In this document: piece by piece, positions 20,434-29,824 of the stretch
How positions within the stretch are numbered: the first letter of the stretch is position 1
Layout of the letters: every line of letters begins with the position of its first letter
From: a virus
Virus record (IMG/VR): IMGVR_UViG_3300010397_000002
Coordinates: 13,301 to 77,300 of that record
Direction: 5' to 3' (one strand)
Length of the DNA stretch: 64,000 nt
Notes under the pieces: model-generated
Database searches by the model: none
Told to the model about the DNA's origin: nothing
Seen by the model: the letters and a program-made list of their open reading frames with translations, nothing else
Position numbers and translations under genes: made by a program

Positions 20434-20656
20434 TACGCGCAACTTTAATATAATACCCTAGCTCAGTAATGAAGGGATTTATCGCATCATACAAAGCATT
20501 TACAAGTTTACTTTTCTCTAGTGCGTTCAAAGAAGTATAAGTGCCTTTGAGATTAGAGTAAACTTTATGATGAGCTACACCAGATTCTTTACAAAGGGCT
20601 AGTAAAGAGATAACGGAAGGTTTTTTTTTCTTTCTTTTAGTTTTTGCCATACCCAA
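20417..20656 (-). CDS. Putative HTH transcriptional regulator
   Basis: ISLLALCKESGVAHHKVYSNLKG resembles a Cro/XRE HTH; lone reversed gene with an operator variant upstream. Confidence 0.5.
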   Translation of the reverse strand: MGMAKTKRKKKKPSVISLLALCKESGVAHHKVYSNLKGTYTSLNALEKSKLVNALYDAINPFITELGYYIKVARIKDPE

Positions 20657-20674
20657 AATTAGTATAATATATCA

Positions 20675-20694
20675 ATAATGACAAATATCACTAT
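20675..20694. promoter_or_regulatory. Operator variant between divergent genes
   Basis: ATAATGACAAATATCACTAT. Confidence 0.55.
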
Positions 20695-20697
20695 TTT

Positions 20698-20940
20698 ATG
20701 AGTAAAAGTCCAATGGAGTGGCGCTATTCAGTTATTGAATATCAGCAAAAAAAGTCTGAAATAATTTTAATCGGACAATATAATGCACCGGTGAAATCGG
20801 TTTGGAATATCCTATTTTCGGCTCCTTATGATCCGATGGGTAATGATGAAATTATTGCATTTGAGGCGTGTCAGATGTGGCTTGAGCAAAATAGAGTTGA
20901 GGGTAGTAATTATATCATCACTGAATTGTTTTTCGCATGA
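20698..20940 (+). CDS. Hypothetical protein
   Basis: 80-aa ORF coupled to the next gene. Confidence 0.6.
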   Translation: MSKSPMEWRYSVIEYQQKKSEIILIGQYNAPVKSVWNILFSAPYDPMGNDEIIAFEACQMWLEQNRVEGSNYIITELFFA

Positions 20941-21479
20941 ATAACGACATTACAAAAAAGCTTGAGGCTTACACTGCCGCCAATAGTAACTTCGAAACGT
21001 CAAGAAGTTACATCTCCATGTCCCACGCCTCCTCAACGGTAGAAGAAATTATCAATTCATGGAAGAATGGGTTTGAAGATTCTCTGCAGATCAGACTACG
21101 ATGCTACAAAGGATACCAAATGGAAAAAGATTTGGTTGGTAGAATTCTTAACACATTCCCGGCTGAGGCTAAAAAGCATCATGAACTAACGGCCTTTGGT
21201 GGATTAGTGAAAGGACATCCTGATTTTGCTTTTTATAATTATCCTGCCGATGTTAAGGCTGTTCCTTTAGAGGAACATCTCCCAGGATTTAAGTTGCCGC
21301 GTAGGGTTTATGCGCAGATGCAGTCGTATATGCTTTACGGTAATAAGAACAAAGCACTTGTGGTATATGAGGCGCGTGATTCCGGTAAGATCCAACATTA
21401 CTGGATTGACGCCAACCATAAAATTCAGCAAGATATTGATCAGAAGTTTAGGACTGTGATTAAAGAATTGGGGTTATGA
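20937..21479 (+). CDS. PD-(D/E)XK (Cas4/YqaJ-like) nuclease
   Basis: KGHPDF...DVK...AQMQSYM. Confidence 0.7.
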   Translation: MNNDITKKLEAYTAANSNFETSRSYISMSHASSTVEEIINSWKNGFEDSLQIRLRCYKGYQMEKDLVGRILNTFPAEAKKHHELTAFGGLVKGHPDFAFYNYPADVKAVPLEEHLPGFKLPRRVYAQMQSYMLYGNKNKALVVYEARDSGKIQHYWIDANHKIQQDIDQKFRTVIKELGL

Positions 21480-21919
21480 AAGTAAATATCAAAAATTATA
21501 CTTCCACTGTTGCTGCATCCAAATCGGTTGCTCGTATTGAAGAGGTACTTGTCTCTATTGGTGCTGATCATATCAATAAAAATTACAAAGATGGACAGTT
21601 GGTCTCCATCTCATTCATGGTAGTCGTTAACGGCAATACCATTCCATTTAAACTACCAGCAAAAGTTGATAATGTTTATCAGGCATTAAAAAAGTCTTAC
21701 AAAAGATTGTCAACACCTGCACTTAAAAATTTAACTGAGCAATCTGCGCGTACCGCATGGAAAATATGTTGTGATTGGGTAGAAATTCAAGCCACGTTAA
21801 TTCGTCTTGAGCAGGCTGAGTTTATTGAAGTGTTCTTACCTTATGTTTATAAAATTGATACTGATCAAACGTTTTTTGAGTCGTTGAAGCAGAAGAATTA
21901 TAAGGCGTTGTTGGAATAA
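21476..21919 (+). CDS. Conserved phage hypothetical protein
   Basis: NYTS.V...S...IE..L...GA; RTAWKI..DWV; EVFLPY. Confidence 0.7.
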   Translation: MKVNIKNYTSTVAASKSVARIEEVLVSIGADHINKNYKDGQLVSISFMVVVNGNTIPFKLPAKVDNVYQALKKSYKRLSTPALKNLTEQSARTAWKICCDWVEIQATLIRLEQAEFIEVFLPYVYKIDTDQTFFESLKQKNYKALLE

Positions 21920-21945
21920 AAGATATTTTTAAAAGGCAAAAGGAT

Positions 21946-23594
21946 ATGAATGAAACAGAAATAAAAATGCTTGAACTTTTATTAGGCAAGCTTCAAATGG
22001 ATCTAAAGCATAACATTTGCATTACAACAGGATTTGTACAAGATGGGTTTCATATAGGTGTTTACCATGATAAAACAGGAGAAGTTATTATAAAAGAATG
22101 CGGTCACGATTTAATGACAGCTATAAATAACTGTAAGTTAAAGCTATGAATAAAATCATATACCACACAAAGCCGGGAACGACAGGGTTCTTTTTGATGA
22201 ACGTGCCTGAAGAACCTGTTTATTTACCACTTAATTGTGCATGTAATGCTTGTAGAACAGATTATAGTAGGAAATTTCAGAAGTACACCGCAGACCTACA
22301 ATCCTGCAAAGAAGAAGCCATTAAGAATGGAGAAATAACAAACCCTGAAATAATTTATATCATTGAGTTACGAAATGATCATCCAATATCTACTTACTGG
22401 AAATACAAAGACACTTTAAATATAATCCGTGATGGTGATACATTTGACTTACCAAAGGGATTGAAGGTTGAGGAAGTAAAGCTTTACAGTGATTGTCAGG
22501 ACATTCCTATTATATGGTCAGAAGTTGATGACGATGATTGTATTCAGTCAAAAACAGTTATTTGTCTAGTACCTTCCGATAAGGAAGAGAAAGAACCGGT
22601 TGAAAGTCAAGATGAGTTATTTGATTCGCTTGGTAAGATACTGCACCATGATATTACTTCAAATGGGTGGGAGTATGATAAGCATACAGCTATGAGTTTA
22701 TTCACCATAACCCGTAAAGAGAAATGAGAAAGTTAAAAACACCTGAGGAGATAATCCTAGCAGCTTCCACTCAACGTGGATATGATACACCGGAAGATGC
22801 TTACAAAGCTTTGATCATAACCGCTCAACGTGATGCTTTAGAGTGTGCTGCTGAAAGTGCCAAAATAACATCCAAATTAGATGATTCAGAATATCATCGT
22901 GGTTACATAACGGTAGTGGATAAGTCTAGTATTTTGAACCTAATGCCTAAAGAGAAATGAGCATCGAAGAAATAAAGGATCAGGTTGCTAAAGAATTATT
23001 GTTTAGAAACGCTCAACATCTATACGATTCGGGGAGCGATCATGAAATAAATAATTTATTAGAGCAAACATGCAAACGTTACGCAACCGAGTGCTGTAAG
23101 GCATCGCTTGAAAAGGCAAGTATATACGCACATTTTAATGTAACGTGTGAAGGTAAATCTCACGTACTTCAAAGTCAACTTGCAACGAAAGACAACTTTA
23201 CTTACAAGTTAGATAAATCCTCAATAACAGACGAATCAAACATTACACTTTTATGACCGATCAGGACAAAGAACCCAAAAGTGAGGACAAAGAACGAATA
23301 GAGAAGGCTGAAATTTTAGAAGTTTCAACAGGAGCAAATCCTATATTTTTGTATAACTCAGAACTAAATTCACTATTCAATATCTGTGAGTTTAAGCCAT
23401 ATATGATGCATTTGGAGAAAGAAATAATTCAACCGATTATAAGAGAATCATACGATAAAGGTAAAATAGAAGGATTCAATGAGGGGATAGAGGCTTTAGA
23501 AAAAAGTTTAATTGCCCGTGGCTTCAATAAAGAAGATTACAATGGAGTTATAATATTTGAAGAAATTGAAAAACTAAAAACCCATTCTAAGTAA
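21946..23594 (+). CDS. Run of five coupled hypothetical ORFs (21946-22149, 22146-22727, 22724-22960, 22957-23256, 23253-23594)
   Basis: ATGA stop/start overlaps; no recognisable domains. Confidence 0.6.
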
Positions 23595-23756
23595 GCTATG
23601 CTGATAAGACCGAAACACAACGTTGATCTTAAATGTTCTAAAAGCTAAGATCAACAATTTTATAATCGTATTCTTTTCAATTGGGGTTGTTGGGGTACGA
23701 GGAAGTTAAATGTGGGATAACGGTTGCTTAGAATTGGGTTTTTTAAATGAAAAATT

Positions 23757-24011
23757 ATGAAATACATACTAATGATCTTTGCTGTATTAACATTCTCATG
23801 TAGTAAAAATACAGATTCTGTACAGAGTCAGGGAAAAATAAGAATTATAAATATACCAAAGGGCTATAGATTAATGAGTGCTTCGTGGGAGCATACTACA
23901 CTTTGGTATCTTATTGAACCTATGCCAAAAGGATACGAGTCTAAAGAAAAAATTTTCTGCGACAATGATAAAGTTAATCAATCTAAAATTGTATTTAAAG
24001 AAACAAAATGA
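23757..24011 (+). CDS. Putative lipoprotein
   Basis: MKYILMIFAVLTFSC lipobox. Confidence 0.65.
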   Translation: MKYILMIFAVLTFSCSKNTDSVQSQGKIRIINIPKGYRLMSASWEHTTLWYLIEPMPKGYESKEKIFCDNDKVNQSKIVFKETK

Positions 24012-24678
24012 ACTCCAGCGACTACATCGACAAACGCGTCACAATAAAGTCTTCTGAAGCAGAAGGCACAATCAAAGAAGTAATCCCAAAGCGCGGCGCC
24101 GATGGAAGCCTTGGTGCCAGGTTCATCGTGATCGATGATGATGATAAAAAGTATGAGTTGAGACCGGATGAAATAAAGATACATGTATGAAGTGGAGAAA
24201 CATGAGTGTTTGTTTTGAATGTGAACATCCGTTAAATTCTCATGAGGAATGCTACGAGGGGAGTCTGCCCACATTGTGGCTATGATAGTGGTAGCACGAT
24301 CTGCAAAACGAAAAAGTTAATTTATACAATTGTAAATGAAGGCACTTTCTTCTTTCGTAAAATAAAGTATATAGGTAAAGATGAGTTTTTAAAGCAATGG
24401 ATTGAAAAATATAACAAATCATGAAAGGACTTACACTAGAAATATTTGAGCATACACCTCAAACCAGATCTTTAAGTGATGCTGGTCTTAATTTTGAATA
24501 TGAAGATTGCGATATTATAAATATGACTTTCTATCACATAAATGCTGTGTCGGAAGAAAAGTATGGCGATAAAATTTATTCTGGTATTTTTTCAAATGGA
24601 TCAGTTTTCATGAGTCCGTTAAAAATAAAGGAAGTTCGGAGATCAATTAATTTGGCTTATGAAAATGGATTGCTATGA
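24008..24678 (+). CDS. Small hypothetical ORFs (24008-24190, 24242-24424, 24421-24678)
   Basis: Short coupled ORFs; one carries CPHC. Confidence 0.5.
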
Positions 24679-25202
24679 GTCGCGTAATAACTTTTAGTAC
24701 TACATTTCCTTCTTATCATCCTCGTAAAGGCGAGCCAACTAGGTTTATTGAAAAGATCTACGCATCACTTGCTGATACGGTCGAAGGATTTAAAATACCA
24801 AACGATGCAAATGAGTATTGGGACTGGCATGAATATTATAACTGCAGGCATCCAAAACATCACACCGTCCGCGCAGGTCATCGCTTTAAAGTCGGAGATT
24901 GGTTCAGTCCTCGTATCTGGTCTGGCATACCTTATAGATCACCTCAGATCGTCATTGGACCAGACATCCAAATAAAAAATATCTGGGATTTTGAAATTAA
25001 GAAAGCATGGAAAGAGTTGCCGCTTGATTACGATACCGATATAATTATAAATCATATGTTTTATCATTCCGATGATGAAATAATAACATTACTAGCTAAA
25101 AATGATGGGCTTACATTACCAGAACTATTACAATGGTTTAAGTATCCAAAGCCTTTTGATGGCCAAATAATATGTTGGGGCCAAAATATTAACTACTCAT
25201 AG
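24675..25202 (+). CDS. Conserved Bacteroidetes-phage protein (ASCH/PUA-like)
   Basis: FP..HPRKGEPT.F, KHHTVR, WSG.PYRSPQ, LAKNDGL. Confidence 0.6.
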   Translation: MSRVITFSTTFPSYHPRKGEPTRFIEKIYASLADTVEGFKIPNDANEYWDWHEYYNCRHPKHHTVRAGHRFKVGDWFSPRIWSGIPYRSPQIVIGPDIQIKNIWDFEIKKAWKELPLDYDTDIIINHMFYHSDDEIITLLAKNDGLTLPELLQWFKYPKPFDGQIICWGQNINYS

Positions 25203-25215
25203 TGATATATATTAC
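25199..25215. promoter_or_regulatory. Operator copy upstream of the helicase
   Basis: ATAGTGATATATATTAC. Confidence 0.65.
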
Positions 25216-25321
25216 AAAACTTTTTTACCTTCAATCCCTCTAGTCAAGTTTTATCCCGAGTGCAACGTATGATTTACCCGATTTTTTGGTCAAAATTCCC
25301 ATCCTTTAATTTTTAACATCT

Positions 25322-26896
25322 ATGGATGAGAAGAAAAAATATGATAAAAAATCGACCAGCTTAAGGCTAATCCCTCGCGATATTAGTGAATCGTTAGGAA
25401 AGCTGCCACCACAAGACATTGCTCTGGAAGAGTCTGTCCTTGGTGCCATCATGCTGGAGAAGCCCGCAATAGATACGGTTAATAAGTTTTTAACGCCTGA
25501 ACACTTTTACTCAGAGGCTCATAAAGAAATTTATACTGCTATCCTGGCTTTAAAGACAAACAATGATCCCATCGACATGCGGACCGTTGTTGACATCTTG
25601 CGAAAGACCGGGAAAATAGAGTTGGTTGGAGGGGCTTATTATATCGCCGAACTAACATCTAAAGTTTCTTCCGCTGCTAATATTGATTATCACGCTCGAA
25701 TCATTGTGGAGATGTCGATCAAGAGATCGATGATTGAACTGGCCAGCCGAATACATGAACAGGCTTATGGTGATACGGACTGTTTTGAATTATTGGAGGA
25801 TGGGATTAAGAAACTGCAGCATCTTCATGACTCATCTACTTTAGAGAATACTGAAGCCAAAATAAAAGAGCTATGGAAAGAACGCCAACTCACCATAGAA
25901 CCGCCTGCCGAAATCCCTCTCATCACAATCAATGGTGTCACAGTATGTACCGCTGAAAACCATTCTCTCATCATCGGGAAGAAAAAAAGCCGTAAGACTT
26001 TGTTTATCACATGGCTCATCCATCAGTTTTTTCTCCAAAACAAAGGTAATGAAAATGATATTCTTCTTTTTGATACCGAGCAGGGCAAGTCCCACGTATG
26101 GAAAGTCCGTAAAAAAATAAAAAAATTGACTGGCTTTGAACTCCCAATATTTTACATGCGCGGCATGTCTCCAAAAGAACGCCGGGATTTTGTTGCCAAT
26201 ACCGTGAAGTACTGGCCGAAGAAACCAAGGATTATTGTTATCGATGGTGTGCGAGACATGATGAGTAACATTAATGACGCAGATGAAAGCACTGAACTTA
26301 TCGTTTGGCTTGAACAAATTATTCTCACCTACAATCTTCACATCGTTGAGGTCCTCCATCAAAACAAAACGGATAATAATGCCCGTGGGCATATCGGCTC
26401 TGAGTTGCTGAACAAAGCTCAAGTTACTATTGAACTGGAACTCGATGAAAAGTCTGGTGTTACGATTGTGAAGTGTGAGAGCTCTCGCGAACGCGACTTT
26501 GAAACATTCTCCTTCACCCATGGTGCCGATGATTTGCCAGAAATTGTGGGAATGCCAATTCAAGGAAAAATTATACCGAATGATACTCGCAGGGCAATGC
26601 TAGTTGAAATATTTGATGATGGCCCAATGAAGTATAAAGAACTGATCAAAGAAATGATGACCACATTCGGAGTATCAAAAAATAAATGTGAGTTTATGGC
26701 TAAGGAGTTTAATCGTATGGGATGGGTTATCAAGTCAGGAAAGCGCGGTGACCCGACTTCGTTGTGGAAGCTTGCGATATCGGAGAATGGGCACTCACAA
26801 GAGCACGGAAATTTAATACCGTTCGCTGAAGCTGTGAAGCAGGCTGAGTTGTTTGATAATGGGCAAGATGATAAGCCAGAAGATATGCCTTTTTAA
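25322..26896 (+). CDS. Replicative helicase: DnaB N-terminal domain fused to AAA_25/RepA-type ATPase
   Basis: KLPPQ...EESVLGA...FY..AH..IY (DnaB-N); GKKKSRKT Walker A, FDTEQG, IDGVRD, RGHIGSEL. Confidence 0.82.
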   Translation: MDEKKKYDKKSTSLRLIPRDISESLGKLPPQDIALEESVLGAIMLEKPAIDTVNKFLTPEHFYSEAHKEIYTAILALKTNNDPIDMRTVVDILRKTGKIELVGGAYYIAELTSKVSSAANIDYHARIIVEMSIKRSMIELASRIHEQAYGDTDCFELLEDGIKKLQHLHDSSTLENTEAKIKELWKERQLTIEPPAEIPLITINGVTVCTAENHSLIIGKKKSRKTLFITWLIHQFFLQNKGNENDILLFDTEQGKSHVWKVRKKIKKLTGFELPIFYMRGMSPKERRDFVANTVKYWPKKPRIIVIDGVRDMMSNINDADESTELIVWLEQIILTYNLHIVEVLHQNKTDNNARGHIGSELLNKAQVTIELELDEKSGVTIVKCESSRERDFETFSFTHGADDLPEIVGMPIQGKIIPNDTRRAMLVEIFDDGPMKYKELIKEMMTTFGVSKNKCEFMAKEFNRMGWVIKSGKRGDPTSLWKLAISENGHSQEHGNLIPFAEAVKQAELFDNGQDDKPEDMPF

Positions 26897-26913
26897 AATT
26901 AAAATTTAATTGT

Positions 26914-27612
26914 ATGAATAGAAAAGAACATTTATTAGACATCGCACAAGAAGAATGTGCGGAAGTAGCACAACGCATAAGCAAGGCGTTAAGATTTAGT
27001 TTGGAGGAAATTCAGCCTGGGCAATCGCTAAATAATGCAGATAGAATCATGAAAGAATATTACGACTTAAAGGCCATGATTAAAATTTTACAAAAAGAAG
27101 GACATCTTCCTGAATGGTCTGAAGAAAGAAGTTCATTTCAAATGAATGCTAAAATAATTCAGATTGAAAAATATATTTTACATAGTAAGTCAGTGGGCAC
27201 TTTAACAGAAGACATCTGCAAAATTGAGGTTCCCACTGAGCCTGTGGCACTAGAGAGACATGTGTGTATTTCGCAAGACCATGACCACTATGAATACGAT
27301 AGTTACACAACAGGCCGTAAACAGGACTACGGGCATCACACTCTCAATACAGAAAATGGTTGGGATTGCTACAGCTGGGATCGTGACGAATACACCGAAA
27401 CAATGTACATGAAGCGTCCAAAGGAAGGTAAAGGATGGAAGTCATTCAGGGTTATCACGTATACATCAACTTTTGAAGATTTCCTATCTGAAGTCATGGC
27501 TAGAGCCTACTATGAATCGGTACCAAATTTTGGGTACAAATCCATTGTTGAAGTCGATACGGTATCTGGACAACAGGTTAAGATACTTGAACAGTCTATG
27601 CCGGGTGAGTGA
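26914..27612 (+). CDS. MazG-like nucleotide pyrophosphohydrolase domain protein
   Basis: QEECAEVAQRISKALRF...E..DL; extra C-terminal domain. Confidence 0.6.
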   Translation: MNRKEHLLDIAQEECAEVAQRISKALRFSLEEIQPGQSLNNADRIMKEYYDLKAMIKILQKEGHLPEWSEERSSFQMNAKIIQIEKYILHSKSVGTLTEDICKIEVPTEPVALERHVCISQDHDHYEYDSYTTGRKQDYGHHTLNTENGWDCYSWDRDEYTETMYMKRPKEGKGWKSFRVITYTSTFEDFLSEVMARAYYESVPNFGYKSIVEVDTVSGQQVKILEQSMPGE

Positions 27613-27633
27613 ACTACATAATCATACTGATAT

Positions 27634-27817
27634 ATGATCACCTACCACATCTACCCGGAAAATGATTCATCTCCACATAAACTTGATGGATACCAATGCT
27701 CTTGTGAGCCCAAGGCTGGAGTATGATGAGAATAATGAAACGGTACTCGTTGTCCATAATTCTTTCGATGGTAGAGAATTGGTGGAAGAGGCTAATAGGA
27801 TTTTAAAAGAAAAATAA
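27634..27817 (+). pseudogene. Frameshifted small gene
   Basis: MITYHIYPEND..H...CSCEPK, then in a shifted frame LEYDENNETVLVVHNSFDGRE...; one extra base near 27714. Confidence 0.55.
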
Positions 27818-28836
27818 TGTGGATAATACCAAGAAATCACCCAGAGTTATCTCGTTTTGCTCAGGAATCCGTGGAATCGAAAGAGGAATTGAGCAAGTTA
27901 TTGGTCCATTACGAATCGTGGCCCATGTGGAGATCGAAGCCATCATCATTGAAAACATGGTGTGTGAGATGGAAGCGGGTGCCGTGGCTCCAGCGCCTAT
28001 TTGGACGAATGCTCGAACCTTCCCATCGCATCTCTTTCGAGGCTGTGTTGACTGGATTGTGGGTGGATACCCCTGCCAGGGAGAATCACTTGCCGGAAAA
28101 AGAGAACTCGAAAATTATGCTGGATACCTTTGGCCGGCTATACGAGAAAGTATTCGCACAATTAAACCTATGGGATGTTTCTTCGAAAATGTCGACGACC
28201 ACCTCACAGGAACTTTCAAATACGTACTTGATGACTTACACCAAATGGGTTACTCAGTTGAGGCAGGAGTATTCTCAGCGGAAGAAGTTGGCGCGCCACA
28301 TGAGAGACAGCGAATATTCATCCTCGCTGTTCACAACTCCAGTCGCCACCGATTCAGTGAGGTTACAAGTAAAATGGGCGACTCCAACAACCAACAGATC
28401 AACTCGAGCAAGCGAAGGATATGGACAGAATTTAATCCAACAAGTAAAGTGGTCAACTCCTCAAAACAGAGATTATCGGTCTCCCGATTTGAATGGATCA
28501 GGCAACATGGAAAGGAAAAGATTACAGGGATGGACCGAGGACTTGAACAGTCAAGTAGTGAATTTGGGAACACCAACAACCCGGGATTGGAAGGACGGAA
28601 CGGCCCAGTCTGTAAAAAATGTACCACACAATGGACTACTCGGGAGAATGGACCATTCTCCCGAGTTCGTAAATGGCCAGCAACCGCAGGGCAAAATCAG
28701 TTTAAATGGGAACATCCAAGAACTATCTCGCGAGAGGCTGAATCCACTGTGGGTTTGTCAGCTAATGGGTTTCGATTTCGAGAAGACTTTCTTCGTGCAC
28801 TTGGAAATGCCTGTGTTCCCGATCAAGCCGAGTTAG
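27817..28836 (+). CDS. Overlapping alternative-frame ORF, putative MTase partner subunit (motif IX)
   Basis: 339 stop-free codons. WATPT, WSTPQNRDYRS and TPTTRDWKD repeats; RERLNPLWVCQLMGF resembles motif IX. Starts in a TAATG overlap. Confidence 0.7.
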   Translation: MWIIPRNHPELSRFAQESVESKEELSKLLVHYESWPMWRSKPSSLKTWCVRWKRVPWLQRLFGRMLEPSHRISFEAVLTGLWVDTPARENHLPEKENSKIMLDTFGRLYEKVFAQLNLWDVSSKMSTTTSQELSNTYLMTYTKWVTQLRQEYSQRKKLARHMRDSEYSSSLFTTPVATDSVRLQVKWATPTTNRSTRASEGYGQNLIQQVKWSTPQNRDYRSPDLNGSGNMERKRLQGWTEDLNSQVVNLGTPTTRDWKDGTAQSVKNVPHNGLLGRMDHSPEFVNGQQPQGKISLNGNIQELSRERLNPLWVCQLMGFDFEKTFFVHLEMPVFPIKPS

Positions 28837-28865
28837 CGTTTAGAACTTTGGTACAGAAATTTTAA
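27819..28865 (+). CDS. DNA cytosine-5 methyltransferase, catalytic subunit
   Basis: Motif I FCSGIRG, IV GYPCQ, VI ENV, VIII PHERQRIFI, X ALGNACVP. Confidence 0.9.
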   Translation: MDNTKKSPRVISFCSGIRGIERGIEQVIGPLRIVAHVEIEAIIIENMVCEMEAGAVAPAPIWTNARTFPSHLFRGCVDWIVGGYPCQGESLAGKRELENYAGYLWPAIRESIRTIKPMGCFFENVDDHLTGTFKYVLDDLHQMGYSVEAGVFSAEEVGAPHERQRIFILAVHNSSRHRFSEVTSKMGDSNNQQINSSKRRIWTEFNPTSKVVNSSKQRLSVSRFEWIRQHGKEKITGMDRGLEQSSSEFGNTNNPGLEGRNGPVCKKCTTQWTTRENGPFSRVRKWPATAGQNQFKWEHPRTISREAESTVGLSANGFRFREDFLRALGNACVPDQAELAFRTLVQKF

Positions 28866-29047
28866 ACATTCACTTTCCCAAAATACCCGAAAGCACCAAC
28901 TGCCTTCAGCAACCATATCACCACCGCAACAATAACCACGATGTTTAATATCTGCTTTATTTTCCCATCCATCGGAATAAAGCTATTGATGCAGTACAAG
29001 ATCAGGCCCACTACGACCAGCACGATAACAATGGTAAGTAAGCTCAT
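28862..29047 (-). CDS. Small two-TM membrane protein (Thivi_2564-like)
   Basis: LVVVGLILY.IN..IPMD.KIK.ILNIVV. Confidence 0.7.
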   Translation of the reverse strand: MSLLTIVIVLVVVGLILYCINSFIPMDGKIKQILNIVVIVAVVIWLLKAVGAFGYFGKVNV

Positions 29048-29164
29048 ATAATTTTCGTTTGTGGATATGAGCTAAATTATCGTGCCGATGGAATAATTTT
29101 AGAATAAAAAGTGGAATATTTTGACTGCAAAAAGTAACTAAGACTCACAAATCTGTACCATTTT

Positions 29165-29201
29165 AGTGTCCTGATAGTGTCCTGACCAAGCTTAGGACAC
29201 T
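29165..29201. repeat. AGTGTCCT iteron cluster (left)
   Basis: AGTGTCCTGA at 29165 and 29176; inverted AGGACACT at 29194. Confidence 0.85.
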
Positions 29202-29657
29202 TTAATTGTTTATTTCTGGCTTGTTCTTGCGGTATTTTGCTTTAATCTGATTATACAGATCAAGCCTCTCCTGCTTTTCTTCATCAGTAAGTCTTCTTCG
29301 GGTTCCCTTACTTATGGTCTGATAAAGTTTGATCATAAGTTTAGCTAATTCTTTATCCCTCTCAAGTTCATCTATAACCAGTTCAAGAAGCATTATTGCG
29401 CGCCGGTCCTGAGTATCATGCCAATAATAAAGTTTACCATCTTTCTCTTGAACTGACCTTGCTCCACCAAACATTTCGTACATAAAATCAACTTCCTCTT
29501 CATCCTCCGTCCTAATACGAACGAAAAACTTATACCCAACATATTCCCCAACAAACTTCTGTGAAGAGCCTATAAAAGCATAAGTTTCGACAATATCAGC
29601 AGCTTTTGAAATAGTAAAATCATCTACATCATTGAAAATAATTTTGATTTTTTTCAT
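29202..29657 (-). CDS. Degenerate LAGLIDADG-fold protein
   Basis: AADIVETYAFI helix, beta region ...FGG, YYW...A..LLE, RRLTDEEKQERLDLYNQIK. Probable start MKKIKI at 29657. Confidence 0.6.
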   Translation of the reverse strand: MKKIKIIFNDVDDFTISKAADIVETYAFIGSSQKFVGEYVGYKFFVRIRTEDEEEVDFMYEMFGGARSVQEKDGKLYYWHDTQDRRAIMLLELVIDELERDKELAKLMIKLYQTISKGTRRRLTDEEKQERLDLYNQIKAKYRKNKPEINN

Positions 29658-29663
29658 AAAAAC

Positions 29664-29700
29664 AAAAAACCCATGCAGTCTAGTAAGTACCTGCACGGGC
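29664..29700 (-). terminator. Leader terminator/attenuator hairpin
   Basis: Minus strand: GCCCGUGCAG-12 nt loop-CUGCAUGGGU-UUUUU, immediately before the ATG. Confidence 0.7.
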
Positions 29701-29773
29701 TTTAAAGATGGATATGGAGACCCGATCTTGATACCCCGCTTACTAGTTCGAAATAGCAAAATCATTACCGCAT

Positions 29774-29804
29774 CAAAGGTAAAAAGATTATTAGATTTAC
29801 CAAA
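29774..29804 (-). promoter_or_regulatory. Bacteroidetes primary-sigma promoter
   Basis: TTTG-19 nt-TACCTTTG matches the -33/-7 consensus. Confidence 0.8.
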
Positions 29805-29824
29805 TTTAAACACTCATTTATGGT

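Noticed and set aside
25871-26563. 230-aa antisense ORF
   Set aside because: Shadow of the helicase gene; no motifs or evident initiation signals.
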